DNA of 32,000 nucleotides from Dickeya dadantii NCPPB 898 (GTDB lineage Bacteria > Pseudomonadota > Gammaproteobacteria > Enterobacterales > Enterobacteriaceae). Location of the stretch: positions 1,117,263-1,149,262 of the forward strand of contig NZ_CM001976.1 of the NCBI RefSeq assembly GCF_000406145.1. The letters are read 5' to 3'. Position 1 is the first letter of the stretch; the number at the start of each line of letters is the position of its first letter. Positions 1 to 8,695 of this stretch are shown here, in pieces. The notes below the pieces were generated by a model. That model was not told where the DNA came from, did not search any database, and worked only from the letters and a program-made list of their open reading frames with translations. A program made the position numbers and the translations under genes.

Positions 1-23
1 GCAACGAGCGCTGGGGGAAGGTG

Positions 24-1235
24 ATGCCTCGTTGCCGCCTGTCTGAATCCGCCGAACGTCGCCGGGTCACCGTCTGCATCGGCATGACTCAGTTGATTAA
101 CTGGGGAACCGCGTTCTACCTGCCCGGCGTGTTTTGCGCCGCCATCGCGGCGGATCGTGGCTGGAGCCCGACGCTGGCGTTTTCCGGTGCCACGCTGGCG
201 CTGGTAGTGATGGGGTGCCTGTCGCCTTACGCCGGCTGGTTGCTCGACCGGGTGGGCGGCCGGCGCGTGATGACGCTGGGCGCGGCCAGCAGCGCCGCCG
301 GTTGTCTGCTGATGGCCGCCAGCACCGGTATGGCGGATTATTTTATCGCCTGGGTCATGCTGGGCGTCGGGATGCGGCTGTCGCTGTATGAAGCGGCCTT
401 CGCCACGCTGGTCGCGCTGTATGGCGGCGAGGCCCGGCGCGCCATTTCGTTGGTCACGTTGTTTGGCGGCATTTCATCGTCCTTGTTCTGGCCGTTGGGC
501 ATGACGTTGTTGAACAGATTGGGCTGGCGCTGGGGCGTGGCGATTTACGGCGTGATCGTGTTATCGGGCCTGCTGTGGTTGCGGGCGTTGCCGCAACCGG
601 CGTCGCGGTTGTCGCCCCGGACAGAGGAACAGGCCCAAACCTCGCCGAGCGCGGGAACGCAGGCCGTCCTTCCCGCGGTGCTGTATGCGTTGCTGATGGC
701 GTTGTTTAGTTTTCTGTCCGCCGGTATTTCCGCGCACCTGCTGGCGATACTGACCGGATTTGGCGTATCGGCTTCGCTGGGCGCGCTGTGGGGCGTGGGG
801 CAGGTGTGCGCCCGGGTGGGCGATGTGCTGATGGGCGGGCGTATTCCGGCGTTGAAACTGAGTCTGTTTCTGGGGGCGGGGTTGCCGGTTTGTTTTCTGC
901 TGGCGCTGTTGGGAGAGCAATCGCTGATAGCCGTGGTGCTGTTTGTCACCGGATATGGCGCGGCGAATGGACTCAGTACGCTGGTGAAGGCGGCATTGCC
1001 GCTGGAATTGTTCGGCCGGGCGCGTTACTCCTCCCGGATCGGGCTGTTGCTGACGCCGGGGTTCTTTTTTTCCGCCGCGGCGCCGTCGGTCTATGCGGCG
1101 CTCAGGATATCGATCGGCGATCGGGGCGTTCTGATGTTTTCTTTCGGCGTAGCCTGTCTGATCACCCTGACCGCGTTGTTGCTCTATCTGACGCGCCAGC
1201 GTACGGCGCAAGCGGTTCCGTTACCCGATGACTGA
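24..1235 (+). CDS. MFS-type membrane transporter, substrate unknown
   Basis: This is the track ORF 21..1235. It is very hydrophobic along its whole length, with multiple TM-like segments typical of 12-TM MFS proteins. ATG24 (with GTG21 just before it) follows a G-rich SD-like tGGGGGAAGG. The frame stays open to the window edge, so the true start could lie upstream. Confidence 0.75.
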   Translation: MPRCRLSESAERRRVTVCIGMTQLINWGTAFYLPGVFCAAIAADRGWSPTLAFSGATLALVVMGCLSPYAGWLLDRVGGRRVMTLGAASSAAGCLLMAASTGMADYFIAWVMLGVGMRLSLYEAAFATLVALYGGEARRAISLVTLFGGISSSLFWPLGMTLLNRLGWRWGVAIYGVIVLSGLLWLRALPQPASRLSPRTEEQAQTSPSAGTQAVLPAVLYALLMALFSFLSAGISAHLLAILTGFGVSASLGALWGVGQVCARVGDVLMGGRIPALKLSLFLGAGLPVCFLLALLGEQSLIAVVLFVTGYGAANGLSTLVKAALPLELFGRARYSSRIGLLLTPGFFFSAAAPSVYAALRISIGDRGVLMFSFGVACLITLTALLLYLTRQRTAQAVPLPDD

Positions 1236-1249
1236 TTTCGCGGGCGTCT

Positions 1250-1280
1250 CCGTCAGGGCGTAAGCGTTACGCCCTGACGG
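1250..1280. terminator. Perfect 14-bp-stem hairpin between convergent MFS genes (likely bidirectional terminator)
   Basis: The left arm ccgtcagggcgtaa (1250-1263), loop gcg, and right arm ttacgccctgacgg (1267-1280) are exact reverse complements. The hairpin lies between the stop at 1235 (+) and the stop at 1292 (-). There is no clear T-tract on either side. Confidence 0.55.
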
Positions 1281-1291
1281 GAAACGTGCAG

Positions 1292-2563
1292 TTAGCGCTG
1301 GCGTTGCTGTGCCTGCCACAGCGCCAGCACGCTCAGCAGCGCCGTGATCATCAGGTAGTAACTCGGCGCCAGGCTGCTGCCGGTGGCGCTGATCAGCAAC
1401 GTACAGATGAACGGCGCGAAGCCGCCGAACACCGTCACCGCCACGTTGTAGCTGATCGCCATGCCGCTGGCGCGGGTGGAGATCGGGAACAGATCGGCCA
1501 TCATCGACGGCACGGTGGAGAAGTACACCGACTTCAACAGCGCCATCCAGCCCACCACCACAATCAGCGACGTGGCCGACAGATACTGCGTCATCAGCCA
1601 GAACGCCGGGTAGATGGTGACCGCCAGCAACAGCAGCGACCCCCACATCAGCGGCAATCGGCCGACTTTTTCCGCCCACAGCCCGACCAGCGGCGTGACC
1701 ACCGTCAGGATGATGCCGGCGATCAGCGTGGCGCTGAAGGCGGTGCCGGACGGCAGGTGCAGCGTCTTGGTGGCGTAAGTAGGAACATAGTTCAGCATGT
1801 AGTTGATGGCGGTGGAAATCACCATCAGGCCGACCGCAATCAGAAACAGCGCTTTCTGCCGGGTAAACAGGATTTTGATCGGCGCATGGCTTTTCTCGGC
1901 CTGTTCGAAGCCTGCCGGTTCATGCACGTGGCGGCGGATATACAAGCCCACCGGCCCGATCAGCAGACCGAAGGCGAACGGGATACGCCAGCCCCACTCC
2001 TGAATCTGGGCTTCGCTCAGCGACTGCGATAACCCAAGGCCGAACGCCGAAGCCAGTAGGGTGCTGGCGCCCTGGGTGGCGAACTGCCAGCTGGCGATAA
2101 ACGCGCGGCGTTCCGGGAAGTGTTCCACCAGAAAAGCGGTGGAACTGCCGAACTCGCCGCCGGCGGAAAAGCCCTGAATCAGGCGCGCCAGCATAATCAG
2201 GATCGGCGCGGCTAACCCGATGCTGGCGTAGGTGGGCATAAAGGTAATCATCGCGCCGCCCAGCAGCATCAGGCTGATGGACAGCAGCAGCGACGCTTTG
2301 CGCCCGGCGCGGTCGGCGTAAGCGCCCAGCACGACGGCGCCCAGCGGTCGGATCAGGAAAGAGACGCCGAAGCTGCCGAAGGCCAGCAACAACGATACCG
2401 CCGGATCCTGCGTGGGGAAGAACGCATGGGCGATGTAATTGGCGAAGAAGCCGTATACCGCGATGTCAAACCATTCCAGCGCGTTGCCGATGCAGGTGGC
2501 GAACAGCGTTTTGTACAGGCTGGGGCGCGCGGCCGGGGTGTGAGAAACGGAAGTCGTCGTCAT
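1292..2563 (-). CDS. Metabolite:H+ symporter (MHS) family MFS transporter
   Basis: The 423-aa ORF has an N-terminus (FATCIGNALEWFDIAVYGFFANYIA ... RPLGAVVLGAYADRAGRK ... LARLIQGFSAGGEFG) typical of the KgtP/ProP/CitA-like MHS family. Its ATG lies 8 nt after the stop of the upstream M20 gene. The SD (GAGGTGA) overlaps that stop, which suggests translational coupling. Confidence 0.85.
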   Translation of the reverse strand: MTTTSVSHTPAARPSLYKTLFATCIGNALEWFDIAVYGFFANYIAHAFFPTQDPAVSLLLAFGSFGVSFLIRPLGAVVLGAYADRAGRKASLLLSISLMLLGGAMITFMPTYASIGLAAPILIMLARLIQGFSAGGEFGSSTAFLVEHFPERRAFIASWQFATQGASTLLASAFGLGLSQSLSEAQIQEWGWRIPFAFGLLIGPVGLYIRRHVHEPAGFEQAEKSHAPIKILFTRQKALFLIAVGLMVISTAINYMLNYVPTYATKTLHLPSGTAFSATLIAGIILTVVTPLVGLWAEKVGRLPLMWGSLLLLAVTIYPAFWLMTQYLSATSLIVVVGWMALLKSVYFSTVPSMMADLFPISTRASGMAISYNVAVTVFGGFAPFICTLLISATGSSLAPSYYLMITALLSVLALWQAQQRQR

Positions 2564-2571
2564 GGGTCACC

Positions 2572-3999
2572 TCAGCTGCGCTCGTGGGCGGTACGGTGTG
2601 CGCGGTGTTGCGCCAGAACGGCGTGGCCCTGTTCCCCCAGTTCCCAGAACAGGCGGGTCATGATCTGCAAGCCTTCGCGGGCAACGCTGACCAGCATGTG
2701 CTCATCCACGGCGTGCTGACCGCAGGCCGGGTAAGAGTGCGGGATCCACAGCGTCGGCAGGCCGAGAATCTCGGCAAACACTTCGTTGGGCAACGAGCCG
2801 CCGAGGTTGGGCAGCAACGCCGGCTTTTTATCGCTGGTCTGGCGCATCAGGTCGAGCGTCCAGTCCACCAGCGGGTCGGTCGGGTCAAGACGGGTCGCCG
2901 GCGTACCGCGTACGTCGCTGATCTCCACCATCGTGAAGCCGTGCTCGTCGAGGTGACGGCGCAGATGCTGCGCCAGTTGCTGCCAGTCGGTGCCGACGAC
3001 AAAGCGCAACTGGCATACCGCGGTGGCGTGACCGGGAATGGCGTTCATCGGCCGTTGCGGGTTGCCGGTCAGGAATGACAGCACCTCCAGCGTGTTCCAG
3101 CCGAACAGCCGTTCGGACGGGCTCAGCCCCGCTTCGCCCCACAGTGGATCGATGGCCGGATCCGTCGCCTGCCCGCCGGGCGCGATATCCGCCAGGATCG
3201 TGCGCAGCGCCGGGGTCAGGCGCGGCGGTTTCAGCGCTTCCACCTGCATCTGTCCGTGTTGGTTGACCAGGCTGGCGATGGCGTTGGCCAGTTGGGTGCC
3301 GGGGTTGCTCAGCAGACCGCCCCAGTTACCGGAGTGGTAATCCCGCTCGCGGGCACTAATGGTCAGGCGGAAGTTGACGCAGCCGCGCGAGCCGAGGAAC
3401 AGCGTCGGGCGTTCGGCGTTGAGGCGCGGGCCGTCCGAGGCGATGAACAGGTCGGCTTGCAGCGCCTGCGCGTGCTGGCGGCACACCTCGGCCAGGCCCG
3501 GCGAACTGATCTCTTCGCCCATTTCGAACAGCCATTTGCAGTTAAAACCGAGTCGCCCCTGACGGGCCTGAAACACCTGCTCCAGCGCCGCAATATTGAT
3601 CGAGTGTTGGCCTTTGTTGTCGGCGCTGCCGCGACCGTACCAGCGGCCTGCCTGTTCCACCAACTGCCACGGAGAAAGCCCGTCGCTCCAGTGCTCGTCG
3701 TCGCCGAATACCACATCGCCGTGGCCGTAACACAGCACGGTGGGCAGTGCGGCGTCTTCGATGCGGGAGGCTATCAAAAACGGGCGGTTGGCCGCGGCCG
3801 GGTTATCAATTTGCCGTAATTCGAAACCCAGCGCTTGCAGGGCGGGCATGATTTCTTCGGTGAGGTACTGTTGTAATGCCGCGTCCCGGTCGGGGCGCTG
3901 GCTTTCGCTGGCGATAGCGACGCGGCGCGCCAGCACTTCCTGGAAGCGGCCGCTGTCGAAATACGCCAGCGCCTGTTGGATAACCTGTGGTGTTGTCAT
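2572..3999 (-). CDS. M20/M25/M40 family metallopeptidase / amidohydrolase
   Basis: The 475-aa ORF carries M20 metal-ligand and catalytic motifs: CYGHGDVV (H-x-D), GRGSADNKG and MGEEISSPG (catalytic E-E). It lies upstream of, and in the same orientation as, the MHS transporter. Confidence 0.85.
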   Translation of the reverse strand: MTTPQVIQQALAYFDSGRFQEVLARRVAIASESQRPDRDAALQQYLTEEIMPALQALGFELRQIDNPAAANRPFLIASRIEDAALPTVLCYGHGDVVFGDDEHWSDGLSPWQLVEQAGRWYGRGSADNKGQHSINIAALEQVFQARQGRLGFNCKWLFEMGEEISSPGLAEVCRQHAQALQADLFIASDGPRLNAERPTLFLGSRGCVNFRLTISARERDYHSGNWGGLLSNPGTQLANAIASLVNQHGQMQVEALKPPRLTPALRTILADIAPGGQATDPAIDPLWGEAGLSPSERLFGWNTLEVLSFLTGNPQRPMNAIPGHATAVCQLRFVVGTDWQQLAQHLRRHLDEHGFTMVEISDVRGTPATRLDPTDPLVDWTLDLMRQTSDKKPALLPNLGGSLPNEVFAEILGLPTLWIPHSYPACGQHAVDEHMLVSVAREGLQIMTRLFWELGEQGHAVLAQHRAHRTAHERS

Positions 4000-4115
4000 G
4001 TTGTACCTGTCTGTGGTGATGTTTTTATGTCGTGCTTGTTATGCGTATTGCTTATGTCATGGTGTTAACCACGTTCTAAATCATCGCCAGCATTGCCACA
4101 ATAATAATAATTGCA

Positions 4116-4146
4116 AGCAAGCTTTGCTTTTAATATAAAGCTTTAT
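4116..4146. promoter_or_regulatory. Two AAGCTTT-centred dyads in the divergent M20 / LysR promoter region (candidate LysR-type regulator (LTTR) operator)
   Basis: AGCAA-gct-TTGCT lies at 4116-4128 and the perfect 12-bp palindrome ATAAAGCTTTAT at 4135-4146, with centres 19 bp apart. They sit 30-60 bp upstream of the LysR ATG in an AT-rich divergent intergenic region. The functional assignment is inference only. Confidence 0.3.
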
Positions 4147-4175
4147 TGCACAAAAACGAGGCAGGCGGAGGGGCG

Positions 4176-5117
4176 ATGCATAGCAATGAAATCAGGTATT
4201 TTCTGGCGGTCGCCAATACCGGCTCCCTGAGCGCCGCCAGCCAGCAGCTGTTTGTGGCGGTGTCGGCCATCAGCCGACAGATCCACAAACTGGAAGAACG
4301 CATCGGCGCGCCGCTGTTTGAACGTCATGCCCGTGGCATGGTGTTGACCGACGCCGGGCAAATTCTGGAAAACCACGTGCGCAAAAGCATGATGGACATG
4401 GAATACGCCATCGCCGAGATTCAGGGGCTGAAGGCGGTGCGGCGAACGTTTGTGCGGGTCGCCTGTACTGACGGTATGGCGTTTGACCTGTTGCCGGGGC
4501 TGTTTGCCCGTTTCCGGCAGGATAACCCGGCGGTGACGTTTTTCCTGCAGGTCGGCACCGCGCTACAGGTGTCGGAAATGGTGCGCAACGGCGAATGTGA
4601 TGTGGCATTTCAGTTCAGCCTGTCGCCGGAGCGCGGCGTCGAGGTGATGGCGTCTTACCCGGCGCCGGTGCTGCTGCTGATGCGGCCGGATCACCCGCTG
4701 GTGGACAAAGCCATCCAACTGGCGGATCTGCACGGCTTTCCGCTGGTACTGCCGCAGCAGGGCACCACCATCCGCCAATTGTTCGATCTCTCCTGCCGGA
4801 TGAGCGGCACCTTTCTGGAGCCGGCGCTCAGTTGCAACAACTTCTCCGCGCTGTACTATTTCATGCAGCAAACGCCGGACGCCGTCACCGCCTGCAGCCA
4901 TTTCTCGGTGCTGTACCGGGCGCGGGAGGACGGGTTGCTGCTCAAACCGGTGCGCAGCGAGCCGCTGACCCAGCGCAGCCTGCAGGTGCAGACGCTGGCG
5001 GGTAAGCATCGCTCCGCCGCGTTAAGCCATTTCATCACCTTTATCATCGACGAGCTGGATCGTGAGCACGCGCGTCTGGCGGCGGAGATCGGGCTGGAAC
5101 CGATGACGTTCCGTTAG
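4176..5117 (+). CDS. LysR-family transcriptional regulator
   Basis: The N-terminal helix-turn-helix IRYFLAVANTGSLSAASQQLFVAVSAISRQIHKLEERIGAPLFERHARG is classic for LTTRs. I chose ATG4176, which is preceded by GGCGGAGGGG, over the track's TTG4146. The gene is divergent from the M20-MHS operon. Confidence 0.85.
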   Translation: MHSNEIRYFLAVANTGSLSAASQQLFVAVSAISRQIHKLEERIGAPLFERHARGMVLTDAGQILENHVRKSMMDMEYAIAEIQGLKAVRRTFVRVACTDGMAFDLLPGLFARFRQDNPAVTFFLQVGTALQVSEMVRNGECDVAFQFSLSPERGVEVMASYPAPVLLLMRPDHPLVDKAIQLADLHGFPLVLPQQGTTIRQLFDLSCRMSGTFLEPALSCNNFSALYYFMQQTPDAVTACSHFSVLYRAREDGLLLKPVRSEPLTQRSLQVQTLAGKHRSAALSHFITFIIDELDREHARLAAEIGLEPMTFR

Positions 5118-5132
5118 ATGACGTTCCGTTAG
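5102..5132. repeat. Perfect 15-bp tandem duplication spanning the LysR stop codon
   Basis: atgacgttccgttag occurs at 5103-5117 and is repeated exactly at 5118-5132. The period-15 identity runs from 5102 to 5132. The first copy contains the TAG stop (5115-5117). Confidence 0.95.
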
Positions 5133-5147
5133 TTGTTAAACGCCTGG

Positions 5148-5804
5148 CTAGCGCTGCCAGCGGCAGATGCGCCAGCCGTTTTCCTGCGCCAGCGCCGCCA
5201 GTTCGGGGGCCGGGTTGACGGCGTAAGCTTGATCGACGAATTCCAGCATCGCCCGGTCGTTGAGTGAGTCGCTGTAGCCGTGCAGTTGGCTGAACGGTTC
5301 GCCGTCGCGCTGGGCCAGCCATTCGCGGATGCGGATCACTTTACCGTGCTGATAGGTCGGCACGCCGTGGATGTCGCCGGTGAAGCGCCCGTCCTCCAGC
5401 GTAACGCCGATCGCCAGCGCATGATTAGCCCCCAGATGATGGGCGATCGGCTGCACCAGATGCTCGCCGCTGGCGGAAATAATGATCAAGGTATCGCCGC
5501 GCTGGCGGTGCCACTCCATTCGCTCGCGCGCCGCCGGGTAGAGCCGGGGCAGGATGTCGCGCCGGATAAAGCGGTCCACCCAGGCGGAAACCGTTTCGGC
5601 GCTCAGCCCAATCAGCGGCGACAGCGAAAGATACATGTAATCCTCGATCGCCAGCGTGCCCTGATAGTAACTCTGCATCAGGTGCTGTTCCCGCTGTAAC
5701 AGTTCCGCGCCGGCAAATCCCTGCGATTCCAGCCAGCGCAGCCACAGGCCGGTGCTGTCAGCGCAGATCAGGGTTTCGTCCAGATCAAACAGGGCTAAAT
5801 CCAT
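5148..5804 (-). CDS. HAD-superfamily hydrolase (subfamily IB, SerB/YfhB-like)
   Basis: The 218-aa ORF starts MDLALFDLDETL, which contains the HAD motif I DxDxT. A later ISASG (motif II-like) and DSLNDRAML (motif IV-like) follow. A strong SD (CCGGAGGAcccca) precedes the ATG. Confidence 0.8.
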   Translation of the reverse strand: MDLALFDLDETLICADSTGLWLRWLESQGFAGAELLQREQHLMQSYYQGTLAIEDYMYLSLSPLIGLSAETVSAWVDRFIRRDILPRLYPAARERMEWHRQRGDTLIIISASGEHLVQPIAHHLGANHALAIGVTLEDGRFTGDIHGVPTYQHGKVIRIREWLAQRDGEPFSQLHGYSDSLNDRAMLEFVDQAYAVNPAPELAALAQENGWRICRWQR

Positions 5805-5912
5805 TGGGGTCCTCCGGAAGTGAAAAACGGGTATCAGGCGGTCGCGGCGGATGGTGCGGCGGGCGCATAACCGCCGCGTACCAGTGTATCGGCCAATGAT
5901 GACAGTCGCGCG

Positions 5913-7112
5913 TCAGCGCGGTGGTGTCTGGTCGGACGCCGCCAGAACCTCCCGCATGATACCATTCTGCCAGTTGAAGTATGGGTTGAAGGTCAGGCGT
6001 ACATGGGTTTTACCCTCTTCCTGATAACCCCAGTCTGAATACCACAGCCGACTGCGATCGCGACATTGATCGCCCGTGGGTGACGTTGGGCCGTTGCCAC
6101 AGAGTATCACCGAGCCGTTGTTGCCATACAGCGGGTTATCCGGCGAGAACAGCACCGACATGTGCGAGAACTGGCTGATGCGCCATTCCGGCAGGCGATC
6201 GGCACGCACGCGCTCCCGGCTGGTCACGGCGCTGTCCGGCTGACCGTACCAGATCAGACGGCTGGCGGGGTTGGGGAAGTGGGTACGGAATAGCTGTCGC
6301 AGGTAGCGCGCATCCAGCACCGAGTCGTGTTCGGCCACCACCATCAGCACCGGACGATCGTACTCGTGGCGCCACAGCAGACGTCGTACCGCCAGGCTGG
6401 AGCGATAATACTGGGCTAACCCGTTGGTGGGCACCCGCAGGTAGCGGGTCGTCAACTGTGCGGGCGAGCCGGGACGAGGCGTTCGTAGCCAGTCCCTGAA
6501 CGGGGCAACCAGCGGCGTCAGAAAGTCAAAGGTTTCATTGGAGCGGATGGCGGGAGAGAACAGCGCCAGCCCGCGGATTTCAGGATGTTCCAGCGCATAC
6601 TCCAGCGCCAGGTTGGCGCCGGTGGAGAATCCGCCCAGGTACACCTCATCCACATCGCGTTGCAGCAGCCTGGCCTGCTCGGCGACCACCTGCCGCCAGT
6701 CGTCGATCGACACCGGGATCATGTCCTCCGGCCGGGTGCCATGTCCGGCCAGTAGCACCGTGCGGACAAGGTATCCTTGCTGCGCCAACACCGGGGCGAC
6801 ATCGCTAAACGTGCCGGGCGCATCGCCCAGCCCGTGCACCAGCAGGATGCCTTTACGGGGTTGACCGGCGGGGCGAGTTTCCTGCGGTGTGTTCCAGCTC
6901 AGCTCCTGCCGGGTATCGCCGGACTGAAACGCCCGGTGTTGCCGTACCCATTGTTCGGTTTGCTGCTGATAGTCGGCGAAGGAGGATTGCCCCAGCGGGG
7001 GCGTGGTGGAACGGCCGCACGCCGTGAGCGTTGGTAGCCCGAATGCCAGCAACAGCGCCAGCGTTTTTGCCGTTAACAACCGGCGCCAGACAGAAAGGAT
7101 CGTGCATTCCAT
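5913..7112 (-). CDS. Lipoprotein alpha/beta-hydrolase (esterase/lysophospholipase-like)
   Basis: I chose the start at ATG7112 (MECTILSVWRRLLTAKTLALLLAFGLPTLTAC...) because TAAGGA lies 7 nt upstream. That N-terminus is a signal peptide with lipobox LTAC. The protein has LLVHGLGD (HG oxyanion motif), GFSTG (GxSxG nucleophile) and later EHDS / SHMS candidates for the acid and His. The extra 63 codons in the track ORF are probably untranslated. Confidence 0.75.
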   Translation of the reverse strand: MECTILSVWRRLLTAKTLALLLAFGLPTLTACGRSTTPPLGQSSFADYQQQTEQWVRQHRAFQSGDTRQELSWNTPQETRPAGQPRKGILLVHGLGDAPGTFSDVAPVLAQQGYLVRTVLLAGHGTRPEDMIPVSIDDWRQVVAEQARLLQRDVDEVYLGGFSTGANLALEYALEHPEIRGLALFSPAIRSNETFDFLTPLVAPFRDWLRTPRPGSPAQLTTRYLRVPTNGLAQYYRSSLAVRRLLWRHEYDRPVLMVVAEHDSVLDARYLRQLFRTHFPNPASRLIWYGQPDSAVTSRERVRADRLPEWRISQFSHMSVLFSPDNPLYGNNGSVILCGNGPTSPTGDQCRDRSRLWYSDWGYQEEGKTHVRLTFNPYFNWQNGIMREVLAASDQTPPR

Positions 7113-7494
7113 AAAGCCATCCTTACGAGTGAACGCGCACAATAATAAGACGATATGACCGTGCTGGTTGACGGAAATCGTTCGTTGAATCATAACGATG
7201 GCGGCCTGTGGAGACAATTTCCCTTTGTGTAAAAAAATGCGCTGGAAAACCTGCGACAGCAGACAAATTCGGCGCTGCGGAATGGGGTAAATAAATAGCA
7301 TTGAAATAGTTAAAATTTGTTATTTGTCGATGGGGAGTAATCGGTGCGACAATCACCGCCCGTTGATTGACATCGGTGAACGGATCGGTAACAGTCCGCC
7401 GCCTGAACGATAACCCGAGTAAACAGACGCGCATTGAAGCGCCGACAGTGTCATTTAAACCAACAGTGTCGAGTAAAACAAAAGGACGCGTGAG

Positions 7495-8596
7495 ATGCGC
7501 ACAGTGAAAAAACCTTATCCGCCGTTTCACGCCGAGCATGTAGGCAGTTTTTTATTGCCGCACCGCTTAAAGCAGGCCCGGCAGGCATGGCGGCGAGGGG
7601 TCATGACCCACGATCGTCTGACGGAAATCGAAAACGAAGAAGTGCTGAACGTGGTCGAGCGCCAGAAGGCTTGCGGCCTGAGCGCGATTACCGATGGCGA
7701 GCTGCGTGTTCGTGACGGGACCACCGATTTTTTCTCCTGCCTGACGGGCATTGACGTCGATGACGCCGCTCTGCCGGACGGCGATACGCCTTGCCGGTTG
7801 CGGGTGGTAGGTAAACTCGATTTTGACGACGCGCACCCTTTTCTGACCTATTACCGCTTTTTGCATCAGGCGGTGGGCGACGACGGGGAGATTCTGGCGA
7901 AACAGACGCTTCCCAGCCCGAACATGCTGATGTATCCGGCTATCCGCAACAACGACGTTTACCCGTCGCTGGACGCGTTTTGCGATGATCTGGCCGCGGT
8001 ATACCGCAAAGTGATCCAGGCGTTTTACCTTCAGGGATGCCGTTATCTCCAGTTGGACGACCTGTTCTGGGCGCGCCTGTGCGACGGCCGGGTAATGGAA
8101 CGGGAAAACGCCGCCGGGTTCGAATTGCGCGATCTGCTGGAGCGTTGTACCCGAACGCTGAATCAGGCGCTGGCGCAACGCCCGCCCGATATGTTCATCA
8201 GCCTGCATATGTGCTGCCGGCGTTTTTCTCCTAACTGGGTGCATGGCAGCGGGCGGGAAGTGATGGGGTACGCGATGGCGAATCTGGCGGTGGACAGTCT
8301 GTTCATCGAGTACGATGACCGGCGTCCGGTCGGGCTGGAGCCGTTGCGTCAGGTGAGTTGCCAGAAAGTGGTGCTGGGCGTGATGGATGCCCGCAGCGCC
8401 GTGCCTGGAAACGCCGGATTCGGTCAAGATGGCGATCAATACCGCGTCGTTGTATATACCGCTGCAACAGCTAGCCATCAGCCCGAAGTGCGGCTTCGGA
8501 CACTGCGGCAAAGACGGCATCACGGAAGATCAACAGTGGGCCAAACTGCGGCATATGGTGAATATTGCCCGCGAGATCTGGACACTGCCGGAGTAA
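7495..8596 (+). pseudogene. Cobalamin-independent methionine synthase II (MetE C-terminal-domain / YxjG-YxjH-like) paralog, frameshifted
   Basis: Frame 1 (7495-8403) encodes the conserved N-terminal ~303 aa. The conserved C-terminal 63 aa (LETPDSVKMAINTASLYIPLQQLAISPKCGFGH...QQWAKLRHMVNIAREIW) is in frame 2 (8405-8596). Both parts align colinearly with the intact paralog at 25859-26965. The break is one extra base at about 8404 (gcc gtg C ctg gaa). Confidence 0.75.
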
Positions 8597-8695
8597 CCTG
8601 CTGAAAGATTGAATATTGGTGATGATAGTAATTCTTGATATCGCTTTGGCGCTGATTAAACTGGCTGCGCTCGTTGTTACAGAAAAGTGGATATT

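Noticed and set aside
7330-7413. 27-codon uORF (MGSNRCDNHRPLIDIGERIGNSPPPER) in the MetE-like leader, with a PPP stalling-type motif.
   Set aside because: No SD precedes the ATG. The ORF coincides with the GC-rich structured segment, where open frames arise by chance. I mention it only as something to check if the leader proves to be regulatory.
8395-8410. Possible programmed +1 ribosomal frameshift in the MetE-like gene.
   Set aside because: There is no slippery or hungry-codon context of the prfB type (CUU UGA C) and no upstream SD-like stimulator. The zero-frame does not end at the shift site. An indel mutation or assembly error is the simpler explanation.
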